Assembly: GCA_030446285.1 (NCBI GenBank)
Contig: JASUSC010000002.1
Location: forward strand, 1-63,279
Direction: 5' to 3'
Source: Eubacteriales bacterium
Lineage (GTDB): Bacteria; Bacillota; JASUSC01
DNA length: 63,279 nt
The position numbers were made by a program, and so were the translations under genes. Of the stretch, positions 10,406 through 19,651 are shown one piece after another (positions within the stretch are counted from its first letter, which is position 1; every line of letters starts with the position of its first letter). Under the pieces are notes generated by a model. It was not told the origin of the DNA. It searched no databases and saw only the letters and a program-made list of their open reading frames with translations.

Positions 10406-10996
10406 CTAAAATTTAACTTTGGGCGCTTCCTTTTCTTCCTCTTTGGCCTGGAAGTAGTCTACCTGCTGAAAGCCGAACAAACGCGCCACTATCACCGTGG
10501 GGAACCTGCGGATGGCGGTGTTGTACTCCCGGGCGGCGTCGTTGTAATCCTTCCGCGCCACGGCAATGCGATTTTCCGTCCCGGCAAGCTCATCCATCAA
10601 CTGGCGGAAAGTGGCGTCCGCCTTAAGCTGCGGGTAATTCTCTACCACCACCAAAAGCCGGCTCAAAGCACCGCTGAGTTCAGCGTTGGCCGCCTCCTGC
10701 TCCGCCACCGTCCGCGCCCCCGCAAGCTTAGCCCGAGCGTCGCTTACGCTTTTTATGACCTCCTTCTCATGGCTGGCATAGCCCTTCACCGTCTCCACCA
10801 AATTGCCGATGAGGTCGTTCCGCCGCTTGAGCTGATTGTCAATCTGGCTCTTCTGGTTGTTGACCTTCTCCTCCAGGGCCACCAACCGGTTGTAGCTGCC
10901 TACTAAAGAAATGAGGAAAAACACCACCAGCAGGGCTAAAGCCGCGAGCACAATCCAACCCGACCGCCCCCTGCCGTAACTATTGCCAGAAAACAT
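10406..10996 (-). CDS. lemA: LemA family membrane protein
   Basis: Start at the internal ATG (10996) behind the RBS GAAGGGGG. One TM helix, then SYNRLVALEEKVNNQKSQIDNQLKRRNDLIGNLVETVKGYASHE...RRFP, typical of LemA. Confidence 0.88.
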   Translation of the reverse strand: MFSGNSYGRGRSGWIVLAALALLVVFFLISLVGSYNRLVALEEKVNNQKSQIDNQLKRRNDLIGNLVETVKGYASHEKEVIKSVSDARAKLAGARTVAEQEAANAELSGALSRLLVVVENYPQLKADATFRQLMDELAGTENRIAVARKDYNDAAREYNTAIRRFPTVIVARLFGFQQVDYFQAKEEEKEAPKVKF

Positions 10997-11124
10997 AGAC
11001 AAACCCCCTTCAATATGCTCGTTATTCCCTATTATACCAAACCATCCGGGGCAGGGGAATGGAGATTTTGGGTGAGGAACCACGCAGCCGGATTTTTCCA
11101 GTCAAAAAAACAGCCCCCAAATCT

Positions 11125-11436
11125 TCACCGTCTCTCTGCCAAATAAGCTTTAAGCAGCGTCCTAAACAGCGGGCCGTGGTTGGGAATTTTGAGGTGGAGG
11201 AGTTCGTGCACAATAACCTCCGCCCGGAATTCGGCAGGTTGGCGCAGGAGGTCGGCGTCAAAGGTCAGGCGTCCCGCTGAAGAACAGCTGGCCCACTTTC
11301 GCTTCATGGGCCGGACGTGAATCTCCTTCGGTGTAACCCCTATCCGCTGCGCCCAGGCAAGCACTTCTGCCTTAAAAACCTCCACGGGTACCATTTCCTC
11401 TAAGGGAGCCCAACCAGGAGCAGCCTTTTTCTTCAA
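11125..11436 (-). CDS. short DUF45/YgjP-like (M48-type) zinc metallopeptidase-like protein linked to hsdR
   Basis: 103 aa; KRKWASCSSAGRLTFDADLL...VIVHELLHLKIPNHGPLF shows the WGSC and HExxH..NH motifs of the YgjP family. It overlaps the hsdR stop by 4 nt. Confidence 0.75.
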   Translation of the reverse strand: MKKKAAPGWAPLEEMVPVEVFKAEVLAWAQRIGVTPKEIHVRPMKRKWASCSSAGRLTFDADLLRQPAEFRAEVIVHELLHLKIPNHGPLFRTLLKAYLAERR

Positions 11437-14321
11437 GCTGACCTCCTCCCCAGCATTTTCATAATGCGTTCGGCAAAATCAGCCACCCGTTCCACTCCCG
11501 CTTCCAAAAGTATCCTGAACAAAGCTATGCGCAGGTTCCTCTCCTGCTCGCTGCTCCTTTCCCAGTGGGGGAACTTCTCGAAAATAGCAGCAGCCTGCTG
11601 AGCAGCCTCTTCGGCCCTCGCCACCCCTTCCCGTTTCAACAGCCAGAAAACCGCAAACCCCTCCGGTGAGAGGTCCGTCTCCTCCTTGACCTTCTCGGCC
11701 TCCTCGTGTTCCTGCCAAGCAATTTCCAGTTGCTTGAGGGCTTCTTTAGTCGTTATTTGCCGCTCCTCAAAAGCCTTGGCAACCTGTTCAGCGCGTTCGC
11801 CAATAGTAATCAGATAGGGCGAGCGGCCACCTTCCCTATCCACTAAATTGCGGATTGCTTTCAGCAAATTAAAAACTTTTACCGTTTCCGAAGAAGTATC
11901 CCGGGAAATCAGTTCCAACGTTTCCTCATCCAGACCGTAAACACCGTTCGGTTCCTTGATCAGGCTGATTCCGGTGTGCTCTTGCACGAGTTGCGCCGTC
12001 TTGCGCAGAAACTCCAGGTCCACCGATACACCGCGTTCGTAGCAGGTCCGCAACATTCTGTACATGCGAACCAGCTCTTCATAGTCGCTTACGAAGGGAC
12101 GCAGGAAAGGATCAGGAGAGAGAATTTCGTAAACATCCTGAAGTTCCCGGAAATACTGGTAAAACTCGTGGCGCGCTTCTTTATCCCGGAAATATTCCAG
12201 GACCGCTTCCGCCGCTTTGTCAGCGCTTTTCCCTTTTGTCAGCACCAGGTACTTCTCCCGCCCCTCCCTCACCAGGGACTCAAACCGTTCCTTGAGGACG
12301 TCAATTCCTTCCACCACTCCCTGGACATCCTCGGAATCAAAGGCCAGGGCCTTTTCCAGATTGTCGAAGATGCCCACAAAGTCCAGCACAAAGCCGGCGG
12401 GTTTACGGCGCCCCTCCTCGTCCTCGTAGGGGCGGTTAACCCTGGCAATGGCCTGGAGAAGGACGTGGTCCCGCATCGGTTTATCCAGGTACATACAGTA
12501 GAGAATAGGAGCATCAAAACCGGTGAGGAGTTTTTCGGTGACGATGAGTATTTTGGGGAGCGCGTCCGGCCTGCGGAAAGCTTTCCGCACCTGTTCTTCC
12601 TGGTCTTCGGTGAGGTGGTACCGGGCGAGCTCTGGCGGGTCGTTGTGGCTGCGGCTTATCACCACGGCAGAGTACTCCGGGGGTAGGTACCGGTCCAACG
12701 CCTCTTTGTAAAAAGCGCAGGCCTCGCGGTCCACCGCCACCAGAAAAGCCTTGTAGCCCATGGGCTCCACTACATCCCGGAAGTGGCGGGCAACAAATTT
12801 CGCCACTTCCTCAATGCGGGTGCGACTCTTCAGCATGTTCTTGAGGTTCACAGCTTTCTCAAGAACGCGGTCCAGTTCCTCCACGTCGCTGACGCCTTCG
12901 AGTTCAACCAGGTTCAGAAATTCCCGTTCCAGCGTTTCCCGGTCAACCCGCAACTCGTTCGGAGCCAGGGAGTAATGCAGGGGCACGGTGGTCCCGTCAG
13001 CAATAGACTCGCGAATGGAGTATTTGTCGAGGTAACCTTTCTGGTCACCTCCGCCGAAAACCTTGAAGGTTCCCTTCCCGTGGGCCGTACGGTCAATGGG
13101 AGTGCCGGTGAAACCTATGTAGGTAGCGTTGGGCAACGCCCCCATGAGATAGTTACCTAACTTTCCGCCGGTGGTCCGGTGGGCTTCGTCAACCAGAACA
13201 AAAATATTCTCCCGTAGGTTGACATTGGCGGGCATATCGTCGAACTTGTGAATCATGGAGACGATAAGCCCGCGCCGGTCGCTTCGCAAAAGCTCCAGCA
13301 GGTGACGTTTACTGCGGGCAACCTCCACCCGGCCGAAACCCACCGCCTCCAAATTGAGAAAGAGTTGCTGCTCCAGTTCGTTCCGGTCGACGAGCATGAT
13401 TACCGTGGGATTGGCGAAAACCGGGTCTTCCAGCAGGCGCTTGGCCACGGTGATCATGGTGTAGGTCTTGCCGGAACCCTGGGTATGCCAGACCAGGCCG
13501 CGCTTTTTTTCCGGGTCCATCGCCCTCCGCACAACCCGTTCCACAGCCCGCATCTGGTGCGGCCGCAGAACCACCTTGGATAACTCCCCGTCCTTGCGGA
13601 CAAACATGATAAACTCGGTCAGGACCCGCAGGACCCGCCGGGGAGCGAGAAAGGTCTTAACCAGCGTCTCGAAATCTCCCGCCTGTTCGTCCCGCCAGTT
13701 GTAAAGGCTCTTCCGGGAAGTATTCCAGGTGGCGCCGTAATAGAAATGGACCAGGTGGGTGAGAGCATATAACTGGAGGACGGCCAGAAGCTCCGCTCCC
13801 TCCTGGTGGTAACGCCGGATCTGGTCGAAAGCTTCGGCAATACCTTCGGTTTTAGTCGCCGCCTTTGTCTCCACAATGATTACGGGAATACCGTTAACGA
13901 AAAAAACCACGTCGGGCTTGATAGGTTTGAGTCCCCCGGTGAAACGCAGCTCCCCCGTGACGTGAAAGGTATTGACCTCCGGGTTATCCGGGTCAAGGAG
14001 CTTGACATTGCGCTCCCGGCGCTCCGTGTCCACGAAGACGGTCTTCAACCCTTTGAGATACTCCCAGACCTGCAGGTTACCCTCGATGCTGGGATGCACC
14101 GACGTCAACCGACGGATGACTTCCTCGGCCCTTACATGGTCCACAACGCCGGGGTTGAGGCGCTGAAGCTGACGAGACAGAACCTCATGGAGCACAATGC
14201 CAGCCTCTCCCCGCCGCAGGCGTAGGGCCTCCTCCGGCGGAAGGTAGGTCCACCCAGCCTCCACGGCGTAACGTATGAGGGGATCCTGGACGGTGTGGCG
14301 CTCGTTGCCAAGGGGCATCAT
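11433..14321 (-). CDS. hsdR: type I restriction enzyme, R (endonuclease/helicase) subunit
   Basis: 962 aa; N-terminal nuclease region (DVVFFVNGIPVIIVETK), SF2 helicase motifs (TQGSGKTYTM, VLVDEAHR, GFTGTP, QAIARVNR), and a C-terminal helical tail. Confidence 0.95.
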   Translation of the reverse strand: MMPLGNERHTVQDPLIRYAVEAGWTYLPPEEALRLRRGEAGIVLHEVLSRQLQRLNPGVVDHVRAEEVIRRLTSVHPSIEGNLQVWEYLKGLKTVFVDTERRERNVKLLDPDNPEVNTFHVTGELRFTGGLKPIKPDVVFFVNGIPVIIVETKAATKTEGIAEAFDQIRRYHQEGAELLAVLQLYALTHLVHFYYGATWNTSRKSLYNWRDEQAGDFETLVKTFLAPRRVLRVLTEFIMFVRKDGELSKVVLRPHQMRAVERVVRRAMDPEKKRGLVWHTQGSGKTYTMITVAKRLLEDPVFANPTVIMLVDRNELEQQLFLNLEAVGFGRVEVARSKRHLLELLRSDRRGLIVSMIHKFDDMPANVNLRENIFVLVDEAHRTTGGKLGNYLMGALPNATYIGFTGTPIDRTAHGKGTFKVFGGGDQKGYLDKYSIRESIADGTTVPLHYSLAPNELRVDRETLEREFLNLVELEGVSDVEELDRVLEKAVNLKNMLKSRTRIEEVAKFVARHFRDVVEPMGYKAFLVAVDREACAFYKEALDRYLPPEYSAVVISRSHNDPPELARYHLTEDQEEQVRKAFRRPDALPKILIVTEKLLTGFDAPILYCMYLDKPMRDHVLLQAIARVNRPYEDEEGRRKPAGFVLDFVGIFDNLEKALAFDSEDVQGVVEGIDVLKERFESLVREGREKYLVLTKGKSADKAAEAVLEYFRDKEARHEFYQYFRELQDVYEILSPDPFLRPFVSDYEELVRMYRMLRTCYERGVSVDLEFLRKTAQLVQEHTGISLIKEPNGVYGLDEETLELISRDTSSETVKVFNLLKAIRNLVDREGGRSPYLITIGERAEQVAKAFEERQITTKEALKQLEIAWQEHEEAEKVKEETDLSPEGFAVFWLLKREGVARAEEAAQQAAAIFEKFPHWERSSEQERNLRIALFRILLEAGVERVADFAERIMKMLGRRSA

Positions 14322-15661
14322 TTCACCTCCGTGGTTTCGGGCAGGGAAATGTTGTTGACACGGATCTTTCCGGTCATGAGATTGTGGAGGAGGGTCTTGA
14401 ACAGCGCTTCCAAGGCTTGCTTCCTGGCCTCCTCGGCTTGGAGTTTTTTGTCTACTGCTCCGAGGATGCGGGCGATTTCGCGCTGTTCGGAAAGAGGGGG
14501 GAGGGGAATCAAAATACCCAGTAAATCACGGCGTGGTATACCCTTAATGGTTGTACCTCGTGTACGATCCTGTATCTGTTGCTGCAAGCAAGCAGACTTG
14601 AACAAGTATACCAAGAACAAAGGTTCTACGCTTTCCTTATTCAGGACTAAAGCGGTTAGATCTTGGTTAATTGCTATATCAAAGGTTGCTACAACTGCCT
14701 TACCAACACCAACACGGGTTCCCACGATCACCGACTCTCTCGGAGCAATTTTTGATGACGAGTTAGCCAGGCCCAAGTTAGTAATAGTCCGTTGATGCCG
14801 CGAAAGAAGAACCTCATCTTCGCCAATTATTGCACTCGTAGTCCACGGAATATTCCCGCCCCAGTATTCTCCAACATTTGTAGGTGGCGTCCCTCCGCTA
14901 AAGCTTTCTTGGACAACCTCCCCTATCCTCACCACCTCCCAATGCTCCGGCACCAAGCCGATCTCGGTCTCCTTCAGCGGCACCTTATCGACCTCGTTAA
15001 CAGGCACCGGGCCGTAGGTGAAGAGGTGGCGCATGAGGCTCTTCTTCAGCTCCCGCGTGGCCTGGATGACCCGCTCCGTGGCCTCTTTAGCCCGTTGCAC
15101 CGTGCGCAGCACATGAGCAATGGCCCGTTGCTCGGGGAGAGGGGGGAGGGGGATTAATGCACTTTTAATCTCAGACAGCGCGAGAGTGGGATATCCTTCT
15201 GCCTTCTCGGAGGAGAGCTTACGAGACTTAAGTACATAGAAAAGATATGTCTGGTCAATTATCTGATCCTTAGGAATCACTGCACAGAGGTGGCTTACCA
15301 AATAAGCGTCAACAGGAAGCACTGCACGCTTTTCAAGCCGAATCGATGCGCCGCTCTTGGGGAACACTATCGTTCCCTTACGGAAGAGGCGAAGCCGGTA
15401 TGCCTGAACGGCCTCATCGGTAATTAGGTCCCAGCGACGAACCCAGTATCCGTCTTCATCGAGATGTTGCACACGCACAAATGGGTGTCGCCCATTAAAG
15501 TAATGCTGTCCCTGCGGAGCAGAGCCGCCTGCAGTGACCTCCCCTACCTCCCCCAGCCTCACTACTTCCCACTCCTCCGGCAGCGGCCCAAGTTCGGTCA
15601 TCTTGAATCCCTCGGGCAGGTCGGTGGGGGTTCCGTGCGCTTGCTTTATCTCCTCAGCCAC
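14318..15661 (-). CDS. hsdS: type I restriction-modification specificity subunit
   Basis: 447 aa; two target-recognition halves, each followed by a conserved helix (LPPLPEQRAIAHVLRTV... and IPLPPLSEQREIARILGAV...). It overlaps both hsdM and hsdR. Confidence 0.93.
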   Translation of the reverse strand: MAEEIKQAHGTPTDLPEGFKMTELGPLPEEWEVVRLGEVGEVTAGGSAPQGQHYFNGRHPFVRVQHLDEDGYWVRRWDLITDEAVQAYRLRLFRKGTIVFPKSGASIRLEKRAVLPVDAYLVSHLCAVIPKDQIIDQTYLFYVLKSRKLSSEKAEGYPTLALSEIKSALIPLPPLPEQRAIAHVLRTVQRAKEATERVIQATRELKKSLMRHLFTYGPVPVNEVDKVPLKETEIGLVPEHWEVVRIGEVVQESFSGGTPPTNVGEYWGGNIPWTTSAIIGEDEVLLSRHQRTITNLGLANSSSKIAPRESVIVGTRVGVGKAVVATFDIAINQDLTALVLNKESVEPLFLVYLFKSACLQQQIQDRTRGTTIKGIPRRDLLGILIPLPPLSEQREIARILGAVDKKLQAEEARKQALEALFKTLLHNLMTGKIRVNNISLPETTEVK

Positions 15662-17231
15662 GGATAATCCCTCCCAGCCCCAGGGCGTTTAAGACCTCCT
15701 CCAGTTCATGATCGGCAGCTGCCCGCTCTTCTTCTGCCTCCTGTAGTCGCACCAGAGCCTCCTCCAGAGGGAGCACCTCTTCCCCGCCGTTCTGGGCCAC
15801 GTAGCGGCTGGGCGAGAGGTTGTAGTCGTTGCGGGCGGCCTCTTCGTTGGTGATGATAGCCGCAAGCCCTTCTTCTGCCTTCCAGTCGCGATAAATGGCG
15901 GCGATGCGCTCCACATGCTCGTCCGCCAGGTAGTTTTTCGGACGGCCCTTGCTGAAGAGCTGCGAAGCGTTTATGAGCAGGATCTCTCCTGGGTGCCGCT
16001 TGGCCTTGTTGACCACCAGGATGATGCCTGGGGCTGTCGTGTTGTAGAAGAGGTTTTCGGGTAACAGTATTACGCACTCCACCAGGTCGCGTTCCACAAA
16101 GGCCCGCCGGATGTCGCGCTCCCGGTTCGATCCCTGGTTGCCGCTGCCCCGCGACGCCGCGCCGGTGTCCAGCACCACCGCCATCCTGCCCCCTTCGTTC
16201 AAGGAGGCGTACATGTGCTGAATCCAGCCCCAGTCGGCGCTGGACGCCGGCGGAATGCCGAAGTTAAACCGGCCGTAGGGGTCGTGTTCGTAGACCTCAG
16301 TAGAAAAATCCTGGTTCCACATAGGATTAGCCGTGACCAGGTCGAACTGCATCAAGCTGCCGTCGCTCCGGGTGAAGGCGGGCCTCCGCATAGTGTCCCC
16401 CACCGCGATCTCGGCCTCCATCTCGTGGATAAAGGCGTTCATCCGGGCCATGGCGAAAGTAGCGGGGTTAATCTCCTGCCCGTAAACCCGCAAAGGCGCG
16501 ACGTGACCAGGTAGGCACAGCCGACCATTCTTTCTTTCGCCATGGGTTTCCAGAAACCGCAGGTGGCATTTAATGAGGAGTCCCCCCGAGCCGCAGCACG
16601 GGTCGTAGACAGTCATACCGGGCTCCGGCTCTAAGATGCGGGCCATGAGGACGGCCACTTCCCGCGGGGTGTAGAACTCCCCGGCGCTCTGCCCCTGACC
16701 CTCGGCAAATTTGCGCAGAAGGTATTCGTAAGCCCGTCCTAAAATGTCAGGCTCCACGTCGTTAAGACCCAGACGGTACTTGCTCAGCACTTGAATTAAC
16801 TCGGCCAGCGGTGGATCGTCAATTATACGCTGTCCCGCCGCGGTGGCGTTGAAGTCCACCACATCTATGACTCCGTGCAGTTTCGGGTTTTCCCGCGCCA
16901 CGGTCCGCACCACGTCGGTGAGGTACTCCCCGAGGCCGGTAGTCTTTAAGCGGATAGCCTCCCAGCGGGTTTCTGGCGGGAGGTAGAACCGCACTAAGGG
17001 CTGCCCGCAGCGGTGGGCCTCTTCAACTAATTTCCAGGCTATGTCGGCACCGCCGAACTCTTCGGCCAGCCGGTTTACCTCGTCCTCAAAAACATCGGAA
17101 AGGCGTTTGAGGAAGATAAGCGGCAGGATGTAATCTTTAAATTTAGGTGCATCCACCGGCCCGCGGATTTTGCAGGCGGCTTCCCAAAGCCAGTTTTCCA
17201 GAGTTGGTAAGTCAAGCTTGTGGTTGCTCAT
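15654..17231 (-). CDS. hsdM: type I restriction-modification N6-adenine DNA methyltransferase subunit
   Basis: 525 aa; HsdM N-terminal domain (LWEAACKIRG), SAM motif VYDPCCGSGGLL, catalytic-motif variant ANPMWNQ. Confidence 0.95.
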   Translation of the reverse strand: MSNHKLDLPTLENWLWEAACKIRGPVDAPKFKDYILPLIFLKRLSDVFEDEVNRLAEEFGGADIAWKLVEEAHRCGQPLVRFYLPPETRWEAIRLKTTGLGEYLTDVVRTVARENPKLHGVIDVVDFNATAAGQRIIDDPPLAELIQVLSKYRLGLNDVEPDILGRAYEYLLRKFAEGQGQSAGEFYTPREVAVLMARILEPEPGMTVYDPCCGSGGLLIKCHLRFLETHGERKNGRLCLPGHVAPLRVYGQEINPATFAMARMNAFIHEMEAEIAVGDTMRRPAFTRSDGSLMQFDLVTANPMWNQDFSTEVYEHDPYGRFNFGIPPASSADWGWIQHMYASLNEGGRMAVVLDTGAASRGSGNQGSNRERDIRRAFVERDLVECVILLPENLFYNTTAPGIILVVNKAKRHPGEILLINASQLFSKGRPKNYLADEHVERIAAIYRDWKAEEGLAAIITNEEAARNDYNLSPSRYVAQNGGEEVLPLEEALVRLQEAEEERAAADHELEEVLNALGLGGIIRG

Positions 17232-17294
17232 AGTACGTTCTCCTCATTCCTTTTCTTTTACTTCTTTCGTTTCTTGTTTTGAGACCTATATACC

Positions 17295-17640
17295 TCAGCG
17301 TAGTTCCGGATTTCCCAATATCTCAAAACCTTGTTCCGCACAGGGGGGTCGAAGGTGAAAACCGTGTTTATGCCGCTGTGGCGCATCACCGCGAAGCTCA
17401 CGCAGTCCACAAGGCTCAAGCGCCGTCAGCCGGCGGTCAGAACAGCGTCCACTCCTGCAGCGTGGAGGTCTGGCCCTACCCAGAATACTTCCAAGCGCGG
17501 TCCTTTCTGCGTGTATTCCCCCAGCAGCCGGTCCACCGCCCGGCGGATCAGTTCCGCTATGGAGACTTCTTCTTTATAAGGCTGAGCTGCTTGAGAAGCG
17601 CTGCCTGCTTTTCCGTCAGCTGAACCTGAGTCCGCACCAC
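17295..17640 (-). pseudogene. decayed vapBC-like toxin-antitoxin pair (frameshifted RHH antitoxin + truncated, frameshifted PIN toxin)
   Basis: My three-frame reading: GTG..VRTQVQLTEKQAALLKQLSL (RHH beta-strand and helix 1) switches frame to VSIAELIRRAVDRLL (helix 2). After an in-frame TGA comes RRLSLVDCVSFAVMRHSGINTVFTFDP (PIN C-terminal motif), and a further frame switch gives AEQGFEILGNPELR*. Most of the PIN N-terminus is missing. Confidence 0.65.
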
Positions 17641-17719
17641 TGATACCAACCCCTTTTCGCATCATGATTTCATGATGGCAACTACATGTTAGCATAGCAC
17701 ACACATTTCGCAAAAGCGG

Positions 17720-18400
17720 TTTTTGCGTTTTAACTCTTCCGCAGGGAAAACCTCTTACTTTCTTTGCGGTAAATTGGCCTCGCCGGCTCTCTCCTGTCCC
17801 CGGGCACGGCCCTCAACAGGAGCTCCGCTTTGCTCAGTTGTGTTGCCAACAGTTTAGCTTTGTTTTCTACTCCGGATAATGAGCCTTGAGTATTAGAGAC
17901 GAACTAATAAGCCCGCGGACTCTTGAGGCCAGCGGGCTTATTAACGGATTATTTGGAGGAATGCTTTAAGTGCGCTTTTAGCGCCTGTAGCGCCATCTTA
18001 TTCACGGGAGATACCTGGTACGCCCTTTCAAAGATGTTCAGGACACCGTTCACGTCTGCCTGCGCCATCCAGCCGCAAGAACATTGGTACAGACCGCGAT
18101 ACTTTCGGTTAGAACCCATCACCTTTCCGCAGGCGTGGCAGATAATAGACGTGTACTTCTCATCCACGTCATCCCGGACCACAGTCACGGCTTGTTCTCC
18201 CTTGTACTTGAGCATGAAGAGCGGCCGGGCTGTGGAGCCCTTCAGCACCTTGGCGATTACCGCTGGAGCAACTTTTGGTAGAGCTGGGAGGAACACGTGC
18301 ACATGGTCATGCATGACCTCCAGGGGGGTGGAGGTAAATACCAGGGCGAGGGGGTCCCTGTATCCCCTCAATGAATTGAGGGGGATTATAGCCCCCTCGC
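17720..18400 (-). mobile_element. IS200/IS605-family remnant: in-frame fusion of an internal tnpA (Y1 transposase) fragment to the tnpB C-terminus, with flanking hairpins
   Basis: The ORF 17949-18431 contains EVMHDHVHVFLPALPKVAPAVIAKVLKGSTARPLF (IS200 TnpA HxH/LKG region) joined to VDEKYTSIICHACGKV...YQCSCGWMAQADVNGVLNI (TnpB zinc-finger/RuvC-III end). Nested hairpins lie at 18346-18400, and hairpins at about 17796-17829 and 17908-17944 lie downstream of tnpB. Confidence 0.7.
18346..18400. repeat. nested inverted repeat (IS-end-like hairpin)
   Basis: Outer arms are GCGAGGGGG (18346-18354) and CCCCCTCGC (18392-18400). They enclose the inner palindrome CCCCTCAAT-GA-ATTGAGGGG (18364-18383). Confidence 0.75.
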
Positions 18401-18467
18401 GCTCTCCCCTTTTTCTAATTGTTCTCTTCATCAGAAGGCTTATTCAATGTCCTACCTCTCTTGTCTC

Positions 18468-18839
18468 CTAACTTTTCATTTGCCATTTTTTCATTAACAT
18501 ATTAACATTTTCGTCAATTACATTGGCCACCTGCTCCTTAGGGATTAGTGAAATCACAGCTACTAAACTTAGTTGTGGAGCTCGTAATTCTGATGTCGCA
18601 AAATCTTCAGAATACTCTATTTCAACCTTCCCTGGTCGTGTACAATTTAAGGCAGAGTAAAAATCTCCTTCGACAACAAAAGCTTTAATGTGACCAGGAA
18701 TGATACCTCTAATACTTATAGCGTCAGCAACTTTTAAAATTAAATCCTTAAGGTCATCAATTAATCTTTCACCACGTAATGGGTTATTAAATTTTAACTG
18801 AATCTCACGCGCTACAGCATGGGAGGTAATTTCAGACAT
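18468..18839 (-). CDS. unassigned 123-aa protein, translationally coupled to the upstream GTPase (possibly CobW_C-like)
   Basis: ATG at 18839 lies within ATGTCTGA, overlapping the GTPase stop, with the RBS GAGGAG 10 nt upstream. GC ~35%. No diagnostic motif; there is only a weak pattern similarity (GHIKAFVVEG...LSLVAVISLIPKEQV) to the C-terminal domains of COG0523 proteins. Confidence 0.6.
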   Translation of the reverse strand: MSEITSHAVAREIQLKFNNPLRGERLIDDLKDLILKVADAISIRGIIPGHIKAFVVEGDFYSALNCTRPGKVEIEYSEDFATSELRAPQLSLVAVISLIPKEQVANVIDENVNMLMKKWQMKS

Positions 18840-19434
18840 ACTCACTCAGCTCCTCAAGAATCGCTTTATCCAGTCCATTACGAATATTACCTGTAATAAT
18901 CTTTGCTCGTTCATTTACTTTTACAAGCTCGTCAACCACAAATTTTGGATCTTTCTCTAATTCATCAATTTTGCTAACTATCAAAACATTAGCAGCTTCT
19001 ATCTGAGCAAATATTAAATCTGGCGTAAGTTCAGAAAGTCCTTCCCACCTACTGGCATCAACTAAAACAATTATTACATCAGAAGCGTCAGCTGCTCTCC
19101 CTGTTGCAAAGTCTCTAATATTTTTCAAAACTGTATCTGGTCTAGCCAATCCTGTACTTTCAATGATTAAATAATCTGGCGCCATTTCCTCTGCAATTTG
19201 ATTTACAGCAACTACAAGCTTCCCGGTAAGCTGACAGCAAATACAACCACCATATATACCTTTAACCATAAAACCTTTTTTGGCTAAAAATTGATCATCA
19301 ATGCTTACTTCGCCAAACTCATTTTCCAACACGACAACTTTCTTTTGTTTTTCGAGAACTAAAAAAGCAGCTAAATGTCTGATAAAAGTGGTTTTGCCAG
19401 ACCCTAAAAATCCTCCTACCAGAATAATTTTCAT
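18832..19434 (-). CDS. minimal COG0523/CobW-type G3E-family P-loop GTPase (nucleotide-binding domain only, 200 aa)
   Basis: The motifs read directly: GGFLGSGKTT (Walker A), LENEFGE, GGCICCQ (CxCC metal motif), LIIESTG (Walker B/switch II), SKID (NKxD-like). GC ~35% against ~58% in the flanks. Confidence 0.8.
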   Translation of the reverse strand: MKIILVGGFLGSGKTTFIRHLAAFLVLEKQKKVVVLENEFGEVSIDDQFLAKKGFMVKGIYGGCICCQLTGKLVVAVNQIAEEMAPDYLIIESTGLARPDTVLKNIRDFATGRAADASDVIIVLVDASRWEGLSELTPDLIFAQIEAANVLIVSKIDELEKDPKFVVDELVKVNERAKIITGNIRNGLDKAILEELSEYV

Positions 19435-19651
19435 ATGGCCTCATTCCCTTTTAATTGTGGTATTGTCAAAAGTTTTTAAGCTTTTTGACCTGTGATCTTA
19501 TTCATTTTCAACAAAAACTTATCGTTTTTCTAAAACTTATTGTTTGGCTCCTAGTAGGTGTTCTTTTCGGTAAACGTTTGGCTCGTAAGCCGCTTGATGA
19601 ACCCGTTAACAAGCCTTACTGCAAGCTTCAGGTTGACGCTATGCCGATAAC

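Noticed and set aside
17426-17713. 95-aa ORF as an intact gene.
   Set aside because: It is a chimera. Only the segment VSIAELIRRAVDRLL is RHH-like, while the N-terminal RHH strand is in another frame and the ORF ends at a TGA inside a PIN remnant. It is called a pseudogene instead.
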